From Candidatus Onthoplasma sp. (GTDB lineage Bacteria > Bacillota > Clostridia > Christensenellales > UBA1242): 64,000 bases of DNA. Where the stretch lies: NCBI GenBank assembly GCA_965646995.1, contig CBFGBH010000003.1, positions 3,533 through 67,532 of the forward strand. Direction: 5' to 3'. This document shows, piece after piece, positions 24,601 through 30,020 of this stretch (positions are counted from its first letter, which is position 1; every line of letters begins with the position of its first letter). The position numbers were made by a program, and so were the translations under genes. The notes beneath the pieces were generated by a model. It ran no database searches. It was not told the origin of the DNA and worked only from the letters and a program-made list of their open reading frames with translations.

Positions 24601-27122
24601 TCTACGCCTGTGAAAACTACTTCACTAGTAGGCGTAGCATTATTTGATGCAAAAGCAGAGAAATTAATCTCTGTGCTAGCCGCATCTAAATATTTAGAAT
24701 TAATATACACGACATCGCGAGAGTCAGTATTTAGGTCTATATTAGTAATAGGATCGTATACAGCTATCTCTATAGTTACTACTTTCTCAGACTCTACCAC
24801 AGTGTTGCCTACAAAAGTATAGAAAGTAATCCTAAGATTGAGAACTTGCGTAACAGAGCCCTTAATACCCATAATATTGAAAATATTTTTAGATATTTTT
24901 GTCGCTCTTACAGCATATAAATCAAAACCATTACTATTGTGACCAGTATCGGTAATAATAGTTATATCTTTAATCACTAAATCACTAAGCGTATCATTTA
25001 ATTTGCCTAGGACTTCAAAATCAATTGATTTACCCTTGACTACCGCATATTTTAATGTAAATTTATCTACATCAAACTTAGTAACATCTCTATTATCAGT
25101 CTTTACTACTATGCTGTCGCCTGTCGTCACATATACACTTGATAGGCGCACTTTGGCATCCGGTATTCTAACCGCTCCGTCTGCTACGATAAAATCAATA
25201 TTAGCTATCGTCTCGATACCATTAGCTCGAACACCGATAGAATAAATATCATATCTACTAGCACCATCTATATCTGATTTAATAAGATTGACTGATGGGT
25301 CATTTAAGGAAATAATATTGCTATTATTCGCAAATTTTACTTCTTCATTATCACTAGACAATTTTATACTCGACCTATTAAGTGTACCAGTGTAAAATAC
25401 TTTGGCGAGGATATTAGTTTGAGACTCTGCATTAATATAAATAATTTTGTTATTCTGGATTTCGCCATCTTCTCTATCGAATATTTCTATTTTGTCAGCA
25501 GTCACACTGCTAATAATATTGTATTTAAGTGTAAAATATCTTTGGTCAACTGGGTCAAGAGTGCTAGGTGTAGTCAAAACTCGGAACTGTATCTGCTGAT
25601 TAGTTTTAATACCTTCCTTAAGTCTAATAACAATCTTTTCTCCGCTCTTTACTTTGTATGTATTGCCCGATATATTTTCAACATTTGAAGAAAATATAAT
25701 ATTCTCGTTGGCATCAATAAATATTTCATAATCGCTAACAGCATCATCTGGGTCTACTCCCAATTCTAACTCTAGACCTTTATAATTACCGACACTGGTA
25801 CTATATATTGTGCCGGATGTTTCATTGTTATTGCCTGTGAAAGTCTCATTATTGATAGTGATTCCTTCTGCGAGCATTCTCCTACCTATAACTATCTCGG
25901 TAGAATGATTAGGCATGCTAGATGAAGAGAAATATAGCCCTTCTATCTCTAACGCGAATCGCACCTTATTCTCTGTTTGGGAGAATTTAGTAGTCAGGAT
26001 TTCAAAATCCATACCACCATTAGTGGCATCTTTTGGAGTAATTAATAATCCATTCAATGGCTCTTGTCTAGAGAAATCATATTTTTCATCATCTACATAC
26101 ACTGCCATGCCATACTTTACTATGCCTTTGTGAGTATATAAGCCTCGATTGTACGCACTGGAATATGAATTGGTATCCACATTTAATGTTTCTCTAGCAT
26201 ATTTGCTATTATTTGTTTCATTGGTATACAAATCGAATGTGTCTACTATAACATCGTTTATTTTGATAGTAGGTTTGTATATGCTACCTTCAGCTCCAGT
26301 CTTTATGGCTCTATCTACAATATACACATCAAAGAAAGTGGCAATTTCATCATCTTCTTCATTGTGGTATTTCGATGTAGCCTTGATGCTGACTACATAA
26401 TTACTAGTGTTCAGGTTGGTAAAGTTTGATTTGACTGAAAGTATACCGCCATTAGAGATGGACACATACTGATTAATCTTCTCGGGATCTAAAATATTAG
26501 GCATGTATCTACCATCTAGAGTGTAATAGCCTAATGAATCTATCGAGTAGTCTACACCTTTCTCTAAAGTACCTTGAGGGAGATACTCTAGATTATTTAA
26601 TGTGAGGAGTGCAAGATTACCGCCAACCATTACTGCTGGACATTTATCCAAGTTGGCATGTATCTCGGTCAATGCCTTTGATACATTCAAACGCACATCC
26701 GTACTATTACGAGAATTGGTTTCATAAATTCCTAGCACTGTCTGTATAGTGCTATTCTCATAGATATTAATTGGGAATATTTGATTTTGTTTCACAGTGA
26801 TAGAATTAAAGCCAAACGAGCTCTGTGAACTCGAGACAATAATGTCGTCGATATATTTTGCCTTAACATTCTCTATCGAAATTCTAAAGTATAATTTAGC
26901 AACTCCTGATTCAAAGACTAATCTATCTTCAGTCTCCGACTCCTTATTAGAATGAAAAATTGAGATGCCATCTGTACCATCGTACCAGTTGGTAGCATTT
27001 TCACTATACGCATATTCGATTTTAAATTTCATATTATCATATCTATCTTTACATGCCGAGAACACTCCACATGTAATTGATAAGAATACAATCATTAAAA
27101 TACTTAAAATACTTTTCTTCAT
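6663..27122 (-). CDS. Giant surface lipoprotein (6819 aa). Beta-sandwich-like N-terminal ~1050 aa, then at least 6 reiterated entry-module plus GLUG-repeat blocks, an internal TM hairpin and a ~660-aa C-terminal domain.
   Basis: Single uninterrupted ORF in the track. N-terminus MKKSILSILMIVFLSITCGVFSAC has a signal peptide plus lipobox-like FSAC. GAGGGA lies just upstream of the ATG. There are dozens of GGLVG/GGLIG/AGIVA/GGIVG/AGLVA motifs at about 25-30-aa spacing, followed by N.G.I..SY-like turns (GLUG motif pattern). Module starts include DDLYNIVNNLGANYQLRSDIAIDNFRPIG...FTGKLHG, AEDFLAMNANEDYILANDIVLENFTPI...LDGNNRVITI, and FNPYIIRNVAEYNDVL...LINNIDFDD...LDGNGMTISG. Confidence 0.9.
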   Translation of the reverse strand: MKKSILSILMIVFLSITCGVFSACKDRYDNMKFKIEYAYSENATNWYDGTDGISIFHSNKESETEDRLVFESGVAKLYFRISIENVKAKYIDDIIVSSSQSSFGFNSITVKQNQIFPINIYENSTIQTVLGIYETNSRNSTDVRLNVSKALTEIHANLDKCPAVMVGGNLALLTLNNLEYLPQGTLEKGVDYSIDSLGYYTLDGRYMPNILDPEKINQYVSISNGGILSVKSNFTNLNTSNYVVSIKATSKYHNEEDDEIATFFDVYIVDRAIKTGAEGSIYKPTIKINDVIVDTFDLYTNETNNSKYARETLNVDTNSYSSAYNRGLYTHKGIVKYGMAVYVDDEKYDFSRQEPLNGLLITPKDATNGGMDFEILTTKFSQTENKVRFALEIEGLYFSSSSMPNHSTEIVIGRRMLAEGITINNETFTGNNNETSGTIYSTSVGNYKGLELELGVDPDDAVSDYEIFIDANENIIFSSNVENISGNTYKVKSGEKIVIRLKEGIKTNQQIQFRVLTTPSTLDPVDQRYFTLKYNIISSVTADKIEIFDREDGEIQNNKIIYINAESQTNILAKVFYTGTLNRSSIKLSSDNEEVKFANNSNIISLNDPSVNLIKSDIDGASRYDIYSIGVRANGIETIANIDFIVADGAVRIPDAKVRLSSVYVTTGDSIVVKTDNRDVTKFDVDKFTLKYAVVKGKSIDFEVLGKLNDTLSDLVIKDITIITDTGHNSNGFDLYAVRATKISKNIFNIMGIKGSVTQVLNLRITFYTFVGNTVVESEKVVTIEIAVYDPITNIDLNTDSRDVVYINSKYLDAASTEINFSAFASNNATPTSEVVFTGVEQAEYKNATQIQLKLSETNDTNAVSVYLKTEDREIPLDEFGNGVLNVDDVNLLRGSIIVRLNYNVHTFRNITLTFIALRFGEVSVYSNSISINVVDYESMDSIRVSGDAITSYGDDSHYIYMSFIDVPDSDRYDVVKFNANPYYASNNANKHYDELDYELYQILQDEDGSILTNDGVAIETDIDKSRLDISFANNEVIIRADKNDGGGLFRLVLVAKDSYNDDKHTYATTFSLILSISDGSEKNKYIINNEDDLYNIVNNLGANYQLRSDIAIDNFRPIGLKNDNTVQAFTGKLHGTAENLDSNNQVISTSKYKLTLNINSTITDGNGDVYSGLFAILGEGAEIRGLDLDIKFDTSAFKLTSNNNLNIGAVAGVNNGTIVGVNVSILNSSNILFQQANTECTINFGGVVGINNGKLDLSLSNINFNSDITSSSTTYHNIGLVVGINYNEVVGGFSGKDGLNSPSYTIIANTTFNYINTNTPNGNINLAAVIGKSAARSKVSNILVGGRLELKNKCNLSSSEKSNLAGIVGFLEGNVETCYAIGLDLTSNRDFNVAGIVALASSANIIDVRYISAEFSGSITALGRITGSDLVAGIVAKASGVTITRATVESFISKTRDEKNNIVTFYTLNGGNTTAGLVANASSTEISLSFVNANIQTNGRVILTSKVTEEDTYYVGRLNNLEADISSNATYAIFYNDEKIYAMSSNTIENITPDEENANKINDFISGLILNSNWSNSSNYNAILFNSQEYSLPYLIYDNDILMIKKPTSITVGVNSEYINKINSIIVGDMDIIVNESKITDTVIINYHNDPANPLNNISHNTYNLLDIISLRVVPTDAQGGVNFMVIEGSQYAYITDVNGVKKLVFTGVTLGNNRIVIRCYSSFNEDLEEFIVLYTEYGVSELIIESSNVNRINDEDAIFELMTFTGANPITFNIGANNVYDGISFNTILDANIDEYLSIRLETATNSILDIKDTTNSKTEFTLKVKDNAIFTDNREVETITAVLELNAKEYFGDNYQGSSDIIDIAQTTLRVVAMKSANEVVVVGSEPSVPTNANITFDAELYTGYMSTDTANKPFVKYSIVGDKVVLLEDGKDSIELSITCREESETELNKLLSRAKVSNIVELFDFSFGYTLLKNNLGYNYNINMSLKDEHNYRFIENNIDLIVRVSAKSNNDKYATFNVQLKPTPLSTIRMDNYTATSMSAAGSYINIISANSTETAIISPGGYGGVLMIYLEHSYSNLVSAALTSSELFVPDLNKNVRIRFEQVVYNEKNNNYETIYPRNQEIDGGIMLEKASVKGENGYEYTGVIYVHTILEKFSGLEGSITISLDVETNNGIVKSITKPLLTQYIPGAGLTYDGIEVGDLSDDTREYIVQKGTTGNVVKLKVYGYQFSAKPIINFVWNDKEETAKILDYVSYHLGDIVSNADGSYYIDVYLNVAKNIPKTFTMSANMTLITEDGQITSEDSNTLVFHPVDYVVKNNSATIKGLDNGLFSIAEGHSRYLEFIFDTDANADLSDELYYILLRSIMGEITDSEDHVKINENNLNKFLELFYYIDANGTRKTLADSQEEFIVRFINNKLRIDATRAIQLDINFDVHYNYEIGEDGKYELKFASASDNQYPYTMDFSFRLNIYPSTTEEHATQIKTAEDFLAMNANEDYILANDIVLENFTPITTNISSLDGNNRVITIKSFAVDVDRTNYGLFDTIGKYTTEEGEEKQTILKNVIVDYGQFEGLILTNNNITNITFGGLVAHNNSGLIYNSDVMAFAPSEKIVNLLPDSSNEVNIVFGGLVGKNTGDAIITNSRVGNLSYKRITASETQDSVNDYGYITMDNSDKTILRPQPISFVIGNMTGATTGQGFIAEAGAFVGQNEAVIASAYVANTSLINYSTAPGVSKTAGFAADNSGKISYSYVKALERNITSENPYSTGAKIESTTNGTVAGFVHTNSGDIDNSYANTEIRSDSTFMAGFVYNHASGTIKESYAACTFNGKHIGENTTAEQPFVGYENNELLSHGRLINTYFLIDQNVIIDKSKIPYPDNQDQADALNWENFSNADKLNNFVFVLSDSRQERSQGIWSYYNSDDRLTILPELTSTNKVTYSYRYFTGFNDEGLNNFANSAHFSQGSEFNPYIIRNVAEYNDVLTHNSSISSISGYFRLINNIDFDDNNKAITTRVGFTFGDKSNRNVTSLDGNGMTISGIFLDVGQDVEESIGLFSEIEYAYIKNLNLEFADAKFSSANVQYSGGLSGKINNSVIMNVNLNGANTVINGNNFAGGLAGIITGKGLIYSVTSNVNALANTENTSNMYYRSNDYVMKNGWNYDEYLKHLSYAGGIAGVIDLDVRGRDEYNLSYITIDGNGMMTPVEGDGNIKADFAGSIAGYAGLNTKSLKLKYNVGVNNRIRGWHAVGGLFGVNMGSITASQVTAIEETQFNYDKAYGEYVIKLSKGEESVLEGDYGNRTLLESYQYAGGLVGIGINNTIKSCYSKASFKSGVTIGGLIGISIASTVNYSYAVPFIHLDANTRRVGGLFGQTFDTIDRDGQASEYISILNNMVIHNTSHSLNSLFSTVLLDDASFESNSDFVIDYICADFGQGTTGTSLNGLMSYIYSGEVNYTDVNTVRNQLENKISHAQLSELLNRTDDVAISKQEVLFKEIFSSWDEEFWSFDDSKFYPLLLSKKADNYTLIENSSDFDKLISNPSGAFKIVNDINLFDWIETHNDSNFIFNIDFTGILIGGKEDGTTPTISGLHKRTITTGNAGLFRTTNRATIRNINFEWQAESKNPAITVNHEIAYVGGVSASDTNSLFASLNVIVATDNSAQDGNQNAFLRTNGNNSIAGFGGIVGFATNSNVQGCIFAGQIDAQLKGIGYTNNIVNFGGLVGYSMRQDDDNALVQNSMAIIDSQVGVDEYPQEFKLTLAGNTTDFNIGGAVGNATNGTIISKVKVGNYAYEKNPNATINVNMNSVKKDIYLAGVVGSATNTILTGIDARTNIVLTGSNDDNKGDQTVTPFTSVAGLVANSTVSGTSNINITQSNVYCNIDMTRAGYIDNLMTAFGVALSHGYLDIAQCLFTGNINTEGTATINNIWASYVLGLCLSATAQDNIVIDQNEVMATGNINIGSNATNKIYSGGLVGQVVNALNTVNDSTDETQNSTNITLNIKNSSVDGKIIPISAIYNEDITKIYVGGLIGQAPNVNIMYVYDMVSIIADGLGADTIQNLHVNALFGSVGAVQISEDSLYYSSDYALFPEDSGYGKNISAYTMAFSNDWSKFTNTSIWSAKEGASDRKYAPYPRSLELALENYAIFRNDTTGAFTYPVGSARNPAIINETSTYNLSDKVYDFYLLSGSSSLDFIGSLSGVMIANEKIYKSNETNIAYNVAIDNEGKETNEKAIVPMINRHGAVSNLHVELSDSISHNGGIISAYNNGVIFNCSVQGTGLTVSGEIGLLSHTNTGLVSYSYSGAEFTTCNNDISGIVLNNYNGGKILTCYFTGYINNDNTAMATGIVKTSEDNSYVYNTYMAGIIEVISERYTSFSGNTLIGSNNFIDSFANIEEIENNNAIKTISTYDLMNTHKEEHTSITIPKLKGNWHTIIGSRSSTIVGITATYHDFIDLNATSFGYNYGYPVYNFHKDNEMNYQLYTGRGQSSDSVTDYIKISNLGVLSMIHGMANTWRLGDNSEIVLDNTYLNYAIIYDIDGKGIDWTDYTVGQGVIGTDAASTRQYLYSGSDAEFNGKVISNKNYAINDINDENACTIENISGSGLFGNINRATFECIKFGTMDIKDGGILGKLVKSIVDENDQKEATVKVNTINLSEAKVQAIENSKYVGGLFGEIKSGDVEINNLITKVNATSRADDATVNKNSRATITKIKDTEVSGLVTGLIAGKLSGGKIDIDSSHVGDKALTIAFEYLDIGDKADAFTYAGGIVGEMSAGSINGNNAEVKILTGYEANHGVDILAGVVGRVAENSSSSDKNTITISNVKVLVPVTNNSVVAEYKLKAQSFGGIVGEIKSGNASIEGCSFGIDSIVTGVNSNIVVYMNAGYNYLGLAVAKQIGGALCLNNFSAENINIKATVSNANADSSKADASASTSDESKQGFGTYLGLMTAGSFIEKNSTIKINNFTVDNGYNLGGLVGRYNAGTNVPNITLHTDLGTSGSDTIILNGTHNVGGAFGYFNGNIDTMMQKYSVDASINEGTSGEQIDKLWNFLQSKEGYATIGNNGITSKSLSNWGGLFGKFVGELTYKKNTGTDNTTTTRENDQPVAVPVITNRNRFIIYDAQLTDNPNLIGLGGVVGCLEGSAKNLSNEAGDKFITYYKNSGLGFNSDKYILNSMTNKSTLYTINVGGVIGLIDNTKEANYSITNIRNSSPVTGYQNVGGLIGYAKKISLINESLYEKASFNNNETPSDNELYFTRTENIVGDKKTYDYIRVESPSDLDNLYKVRKLDSLDNPLFTSSAEVSGVINVGGAIGYVGDSIIDSILSSSNIYGNTSVGGLIGRLRNSSVYNSLVGHIAYSNDANETKANATTEIKGIFYGLNIKTNNNFNDTQTIVYLPTSVGGFIGTADSSETNYVLKNNNIVSINVTSSNEGATIASGANKQTSSVISTIGNLMANIAIGEGSENIKPDKVDDYKELLGTDPDGEKATKFNSLSSGFGGFIGTTNENMIRNGDAITSNSIHVNVSAQLGINVGTFYGYLKGNDTNTTLNTPKLIADSSTSGAYNIGGVVGYLNGAISNYKIKDGATSFGKAITLQENGNGMYVGGLFGKVAKTTGMVNLNGIELHKEIIISNNAVSYYMGGLIGRLEGNMTGANVYDGVFDSNKPENFGGLVGLLKVVSGQTNDSGAPGATVKGIHKFAFTINTIENSNYYDAESIFHEEVTDEGKVYLYAQAYYINQDNFNISPSSNTKFNNTITTNPLNKYAQGWHKKYTGFRIVQRCIPQANTWDSVATIYDAANITHVGTIENLGLQGKGIQRKKYTSKNTANGLEESSDFVDCENDYICFTIYEEEPGSPKLYSPIGIATPRYHQVTKDDYKKDSEGNDILKEETPLYETLTDSKANVGEWLWGAFINESPLEDYYIDANHSNNGKNLNGLTYFEWGSKGEWTKYATLSNGNNHRTFVNNQDGKKNNSTYISYFVKGYLAGDESNEGDAKYSSSKGAYFVFQTVFENESANGLTYDNGKTGNDKVSGSLGGITDHELPQSGLLFEVTGYISKNAQITRENAGAIDWFAVGTFVGALVIDITIAVATAGTGTAATSLMKEGAKQLAKGVAKETGKAMAKQGAKKLLAKAAKATGKFIAKNANKFIALFTCIALYSATKIYSAGTSESQYFKEPDRNFGYLSSVYSREIYYNKNSTNDKVYNIAQLDDSFTTDDGQEMTFYSYNRPADYVTHRYLGVKVELTEEGLKKIAFTENKTSTVVTLEEEDIDLDLGASTYPKSLNDITGYASVKWISDGDEVNVTLCQFTGLDGIFILYDNYLYKDGMYWINNLSGSVSYQRTTAFFEPPEDEDGDAYKGIKYYFSDIDSDGNNNIYVYGSFFNGEYNVDGFPGNLVKKSGEKYTINNATLDAKKVENVQLRTFTYSNTINNDNKENFMEGYEYMYGAYYTANGIKFEDGNLKNYATYRRLDSKPEDFDKYRGSNYLRLKEEIKQVIDDKTVITYEDVYFEIEKIGEEVITGWSYADYTEDMIFNKNSSFVGYTDKEKIKIIIYPTSFINPYKSEIPNSQDNNYYIYSSESGVPHNVTYYLFEGGYYVDRLIDENDKDNYIDEVFIRVNKNDYVRLTDENGAAITNAPGIEDVTIDENTTIKAFKYTSIAEHYVDLKGYYLSGAKLETDYRTENGKENGTILYKLNTSYVVGGENSGTEKSDGLLYYMTMSYGSNQTAQIKSYNYNKYLINSTFDLYSRYKYIFNGNPTNLDFTDVDGVWDSNSLLPESGKTSINNGKPTYFVERVQVTLSGGNILKHLAGSTGTAGSIKPGIIKID
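8650..8935 (-). other. Internal transmembrane hairpin with Ala/Lys-rich loop inside the 6819-aa protein (about aa 6064-6158)
   Basis: The translation reads WFAVGTFVGALVIDITIAVATAGTG, then TAATSLMKEGAKQLAKGVAKETGKAMAKQGAKKLLAKAAKATGKFIAKNANK, then FIALFTCIALYSATKIY. That is two hydrophobic spans flanking a ~50-aa strongly basic AK-repeat loop. Confidence 0.65.
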
Positions 27123-27207
27123 ATTCCCTCACTTTAATTTGCTCTAATTATTCGATTTTTATTAACATAAAATTAATAAATTTCGCGCGAGTATAATTAT
27201 TAATTTT

Positions 27208-27236
27208 ATTATATAAAATAATAGTCATAGAGTCAA
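27208..27236 (-). promoter_or_regulatory. Consensus sigma-70-type promoter for the 6819-aa gene
   Basis: On the minus strand: TTGACT (27236-27231), 17 nt, TATAAT (27213-27208). It lies about 86 nt upstream of ATG 27122. Confidence 0.6.
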
Positions 27237-27541
27237 ATTAAATGGCGAAAATTGTATGGTTTTTGTAATATTTTGTAGTTTAAAGAAATATCTATAATAT
27301 AGGAATTTTAACGAATTTTTTTAATATTTTTATAAAACAAATTATTAATTTACGAGAAAAATACGAAAATTTTTTATTTTTTATAAGAAAACTGTTATTT
27401 TTACAAGTTTTTTTATTTATTTTTACTGATTTTAAAAAATTTTTTATTTTTTATTTCAGCAAAATTTAGTACAAAATTTTTATTTACTATTTTTTGACAT
27501 ATTTCGCAACGACCATGAGTAGACTTATGTAAGGAGTAAAT

Positions 27542-27841
27542 ATGACAAATTTCGACTATGACAATCGCGCTATTGATTTAGCTAACTACATTTTAGATAA
27601 CCATACTACCATACGAGCTACCGCAAAAGAATTTAACATTCCTAAAAGCACAGTTCATTATGAGCTAAGTGTTAGATTAAAATATTTAAACTACAAACTA
27701 TATCTAGAAGTAAAAAAACTAATGGAAGAAAATTTCAGCATCAAACATTTGCATGGCGGAGAATCTACAAAACTAAAATATGAATCCTTAAAAAAAGAAA
27801 TAAATAAAAATGATGAATTTGATAATTCGTTCAATTTATAA
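27542..27841 (+). CDS. spoIIID: SpoIIID-family HTH transcriptional regulator (99 aa)
   Basis: AAGGAGTAAAT precedes the ATG. IRATAKEFNIPKSTVHYELSVRL...EVKKLMEENFSIKHLHGGESTKLKY matches the Bacillus SpoIIID pattern as I recall it (VIAKEFGVSKSTVHKDL...HLRGGEATKLKY). Confidence 0.8.
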   Translation: MTNFDYDNRAIDLANYILDNHTTIRATAKEFNIPKSTVHYELSVRLKYLNYKLYLEVKKLMEENFSIKHLHGGESTKLKYESLKKEINKNDEFDNSFNL

Positions 27842-27967
27842 AACTATTAGCCAAATACACAACAGCTATGTAACTTGATATAAAAACCATTTTCTACTTT
27901 TCTTAGTAAACTGGTTAGCATACAAAGAGCTTATTTTTAAGAGCTAAACTTTGAAAAACAAAAAAAA

Positions 27968-27997
27968 GAACTTAAACCTTTTTATTGGTTTAAGTTC
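27968..27997. terminator. Bidirectional intrinsic terminator
   Basis: A-tract, GAACTTAAACC (27968-27978), 8-nt loop, GGTTTAAGTTC (27987-27997), then a T-rich tract. It lies between convergent spoIIID and the 28051 gene. Confidence 0.75.
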
Positions 27998-28050
27998 TCT
28001 TGTTTTTATTAGTATTATACTTTCATGATTAATGAGTGAATTGATTTATT

Positions 28051-28452
28051 CTAAAAAAATACATCCATAGGGTCATAATCAGCATCATCTTCATGTAGCT
28101 CCCTATAAGCTTTTCGTGCTTGAGTATGCAGAGCGTCTATTTTCTTTTTGAATGGTGCAAAGAATTCAACTGCTTCGTCATAGGTATTACCTGTAAAAAC
28201 TTCAGGTGGCTCGACCGCTCCTTTAATCTTTAATTCCTTTCTGCTTTTATCTAGTGCTAAATCTGTTGAAGTATATTTGCTGAAATTGAAATTCAAAGTA
28301 ATGGTAATGATATTTCTCCCAGCATAACTACGCTTTAACTCATTTAATATCTCGTTAAAATAGCATATTTGTTCTGCCTCGTATGCGATAGAGATATTAA
28401 CTGGATTCACCCAATCAGCTTTAGCACAAATGTCACATCTAATATATTCCAT
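28051..28452 (-). CDS. Hypothetical protein (133 aa)
   Basis: The ORF-track frame is trimmed to ATG 28452 (MEYIRCDICAKADW...), because AGGAGGG lies 3-4 nt upstream of that ATG. No family recognised. Confidence 0.6.
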   Translation of the reverse strand: MEYIRCDICAKADWVNPVNISIAYEAEQICYFNEILNELKRSYAGRNIITITLNFNFSKYTSTDLALDKSRKELKIKGAVEPPEVFTGNTYDEAVEFFAPFKKKIDALHTQARKAYRELHEDDADYDPMDVFF

Positions 28453-28600
28453 AATCCCTCCTATATTCATTATAATAACATAACTAATCAATTTTGTAAA
28501 TAGAGTTATTGAAATAATTTATTTAAAATATTAAGCGAGGATACAACTAAAACAATTCTTAGAGATTTTATTATGTTTAACTAATTCTATTTTTTGTATT

Positions 28601-29986
28601 CTAGCCCAATATGCTTCCAACAGTTCTCGGGAAGAGCTCAACATCACGAATATTGCTTACCCCTGTTAGATACATTACTAATCTCTCAAAGCCCACGCCA
28701 TATCCAGAGTGAACATTAGTGCCGTATCTACGAGTATCAAGATACCAAGAATAGTCTTCTTCTTTTAGCCCTAATTCGTGAATACGATTCATGAGTTTAT
28801 CCAGTCTCTCTTCACGCTGACTACCGCCGATTAATTCACCAATACCTGGTACTAATAGGTCTGCTGCTGCGACTGTCTTGCCATCATCGTTCTGGCGCAT
28901 ATAGAATGCCTTGATATCTTTCGGATAGTTTGTTAAGAATACTGGCTTTCCATATACTTCTTCTGTGATATAACGCTCGTGCTCGCTCTGTAAATCTACT
29001 CCCCACTCTACTGGGAAACTAAATCTATCTTTCACTTTCTCAAGCATCTTGATAGCTTCAGTATAATCAAGACGGACAAAATCACTCTCTACAATATTTT
29101 TCAGTCTGGCAATTAGACCTGTATCTACGAATTTATTTAAAAATTCTAGTTCATCTCTGCACTCTTGCATTACATAGTTGATGACATATTTGATGAGTTC
29201 TTCTTCATTGTCCATCATCTCGTTTAAATCACAAAAACAAATCTCAGGCTCCATCATCCAAAATTCTGCCGCATGACGAGTAGTATTCGAATTCTCTGCT
29301 CTAAATGTTGGCCCAAAAGTATAGGTCTTACCGAAAGCATGGGTTATAGTCTCTTCTTGCAACTGCCCAGACACTGTCAATGCAACTTTTTTACCAAAGA
29401 AATCCTTCTCATAATCTACTTTGCCCGATTTAGCCACTTTGTTTAAATCTAGTGTGGTCACTTGGAACATTTCACCTGCACCCTCACAATCACTAGCTGT
29501 AATAATTGGAGTGTTAAGATAAACGAAATTTCTATCATTGAAGAATTTATGAATAGCAAATGCTGATACAGAGCGAATTCTGAATACTGCATTGAAGAGA
29601 TTACCGCGCGTACGAATGTGTGGAATAGTGCGAAGAAATTCTACTGTATGGCGTTTCTTCTGCAATGGATAGTCACTAGCACTCTCACCTAGCACCTCAA
29701 CCTCATCTGCATTAATCTCGAATGGTTGTTGTGCATTCGGAGTGACAATCAGTTTCCCTTTTACCATGAAAGATGCACCGACATTCTGTCGTACTATCTC
29801 ATCATAATTCTTTAATTTATCTTTCTCTACGACAATCTGCACACTCTTAAAAGCACCATCATTTAGTTCGATAAACGCGATATTCTTACTATCTCTGACC
29901 GTTCTAGCCCAACCACATAGTGTGACAGATTTGCCATCGTATTTCTCGTAAGTCTTCAATAAGTCTCTAATTTCTACTCTTTTCAT
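28601..29986 (-). CDS. asnS: Asparagine--tRNA ligase
   Basis: 461 aa. Class IIb signatures: [20 protein letters not shown] (OB fold), [48 protein letters not shown]. It starts 34 nt after aspS, so it is probably co-transcribed. Confidence 0.9.
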   Translation of the reverse strand: MKRVEIRDLLKTYEKYDGKSVTLCGWARTVRDSKNIAFIELNDGAFKSVQIVVEKDKLKNYDEIVRQNVGASFMVKGKLIVTPNAQQPFEINADEVEVLGESASDYPLQKKRHTVEFLRTIPHIRTRGNLFNAVFRIRSVSAFAIHKFFNDRNFVYLNTPIITASDCEGAGEMFQVTTLDLNKVAKSGKVDYEKDFFGKKVALTVSGQLQEETITHAFGKTYTFGPTFRAENSNTTRHAAEFWMMEPEICFCDLNEMMDNEEELIKYVINYVMQECRDELEFLNKFVDTGLIARLKNIVESDFVRLDYTEAIKMLEKVKDRFSFPVEWGVDLQSEHERYITEEVYGKPVFLTNYPKDIKAFYMRQNDDGKTVAAADLLVPGIGELIGGSQREERLDKLMNRIHELGLKEEDYSWYLDTRRYGTNVHSGYGVGFERLVMYLTGVSNIRDVELFPRTVGSILG

Positions 29987-30020
29987 AAATTTCTCCTTAT
30001 ATTTTAAAATTTTTTATTAA

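Noticed and set aside
7161-27147. About 25 plus-strand ORFs of 60-128 aa inside 6663-27122 (for example 8641-9027) and the minus-strand ORFs 14708-14971 and 18185-18412.
   Set aside because: They are antisense or out-of-frame shadows of the 6819-aa gene. The longest (8641-9027) is simply the reverse reading of the Ala/Lys-rich loop.
27123-27541. AT-rich 419-bp spacer with a repeated 17-mer AATTTTTTATTTTTTAT (about 27370 and 27447) and many T-runs. The 47596-47782 spacer is similar.
   Set aside because: These are low-complexity A/T runs expected in promoter-rich intergenic DNA of a low-GC genome. There is no regular period or conserved core like that in the 61001-61343 array.
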